DNA of 64,000 nucleotides from Octopus bimaculoides (Eukaryota). The stretch spans positions 41,615,586 through 41,679,585 of the forward strand of contig NC_068989.1 in the NCBI RefSeq assembly GCF_001194135.2, written 5' to 3'. Shown here one piece after another: positions 63,250 to 64,000 of this stretch (positions are counted from its first letter, which is position 1; each line of letters starts with the position of its first letter). Below the pieces are notes generated by a model, which did not search any database, had not been told where the DNA came from, and saw only the letters and a list, made by a program, of their open reading frames with translations. The position numbers and the translations under genes are program-made.

Positions 63250-63990
63250 TTGAGTGGCATGGCCAGCAGCAATATCCTCCAGGTCCTCAGGTTAGGCATT
63301 TCCAAAAAGTGCTCTTTATCAAGTGCCCAAGTTAGTGTATCATGTGGTAGAGGATCATGGCTTCAACAATGACCTTTGCAAGCATTTCGCTGTAAGACAC
63401 AGAATCATGCCATGCAGCTCATGCGAAGGCTCACCAAAAACTTAATATAGTGAGAGTACACTACTCAAGTGTCGCAGCTACGGAGGAGGGTGGTGATACA
63501 GACTGATTAGCATATGACAATCTTTGGGGAGGAACAACTTGTTCAGAAAGATTCTGTGCTGAAGTCTCCCAAAGACAGCTTACACCTGTTTAATCTAACT
63601 CTAGATGTACTATATGAATGCTGTCGTCATAAGGGAAAATGCTAAGTTTCTCAAGCAACATCATAGCCAGGGCATTACCAGCAATAAAAAAAGAGTGATA
63701 TGCTCCAACTTTTGTTGTAACTCATCTTTGCACCTTTGTTCTTATAAACCATGACATACATCCATTGCTATGAGAAGCAGTTCTTAATCCAGGCCTTAAT
63801 GATATACAAGTAGAGGATACTCTATACATATATTGCCTTTCCTTCAGTTGCTCAGCAGAGGTTTTATTGTCAGTGCCAGAGGACTTGTCCTTAAAAGAAT
63901 GGATAGCTGACAGAACCTCCTCAAGGTATGGTAGACCAACCAGCATATACACCATGTATAAGCACATATACAGACATCTTCGACCCACTG
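63250..63990 (-). mobile_element. Internally deleted RTE-type LINE fragment
   Basis: LEEVLSAIHSFKDKSSGTDNKTSAEQLK (RT start, ORF 63722..63988) joined to TTLLRSCDT*VVYSHYIK (approx. TLLYGCETW). Confidence 0.6.
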
Positions 63991-64000
63991 TAAACCTGCC

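Overview
AT-rich, microsatellite- and SINE-saturated animal genomic DNA with three N-gaps. The repeat families resemble those of octopus (coleoid cephalopod); this is an inference, not a database result. One protein-coding gene dominates the window: a minus-strand MAST-family kinase (microtubule-associated Ser/Thr kinase; DUF1908 region + AGC kinase + AGC C-terminal extension + PDZ). I reconstructed 22 GT-AG exons from 54054 down to the stop at 5210. Their lengths sum to 3947 nt and all splice phases are compatible, giving about 1315 aa; the true N-terminal exon(s) were not found in the window. The introns hold tRNA-derived SINEs, decayed RTE-type LINE fragments, piggyBac-like and mariner-like MITEs and two minisatellites. 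The most unusual signal is a set of short palindromic (inverted-duplicated) intronic insertions that carry hammerhead-ribozyme cores. One is a near-intact type I hammerhead at 47910-47962. Another is a tRNA-headed element with loop-less minimal hammerheads in both arms at 29340-29690. Two more remnants are degenerate. Together they suggest several Penelope/retrozyme-like non-autonomous families. The kinase also has an atypical glycine-rich loop (ISSGAFA), Q21 and T14 tracts, and a candidate internal first exon. Almost all other ORFs in the supplied track are microsatellite or repeat noise.
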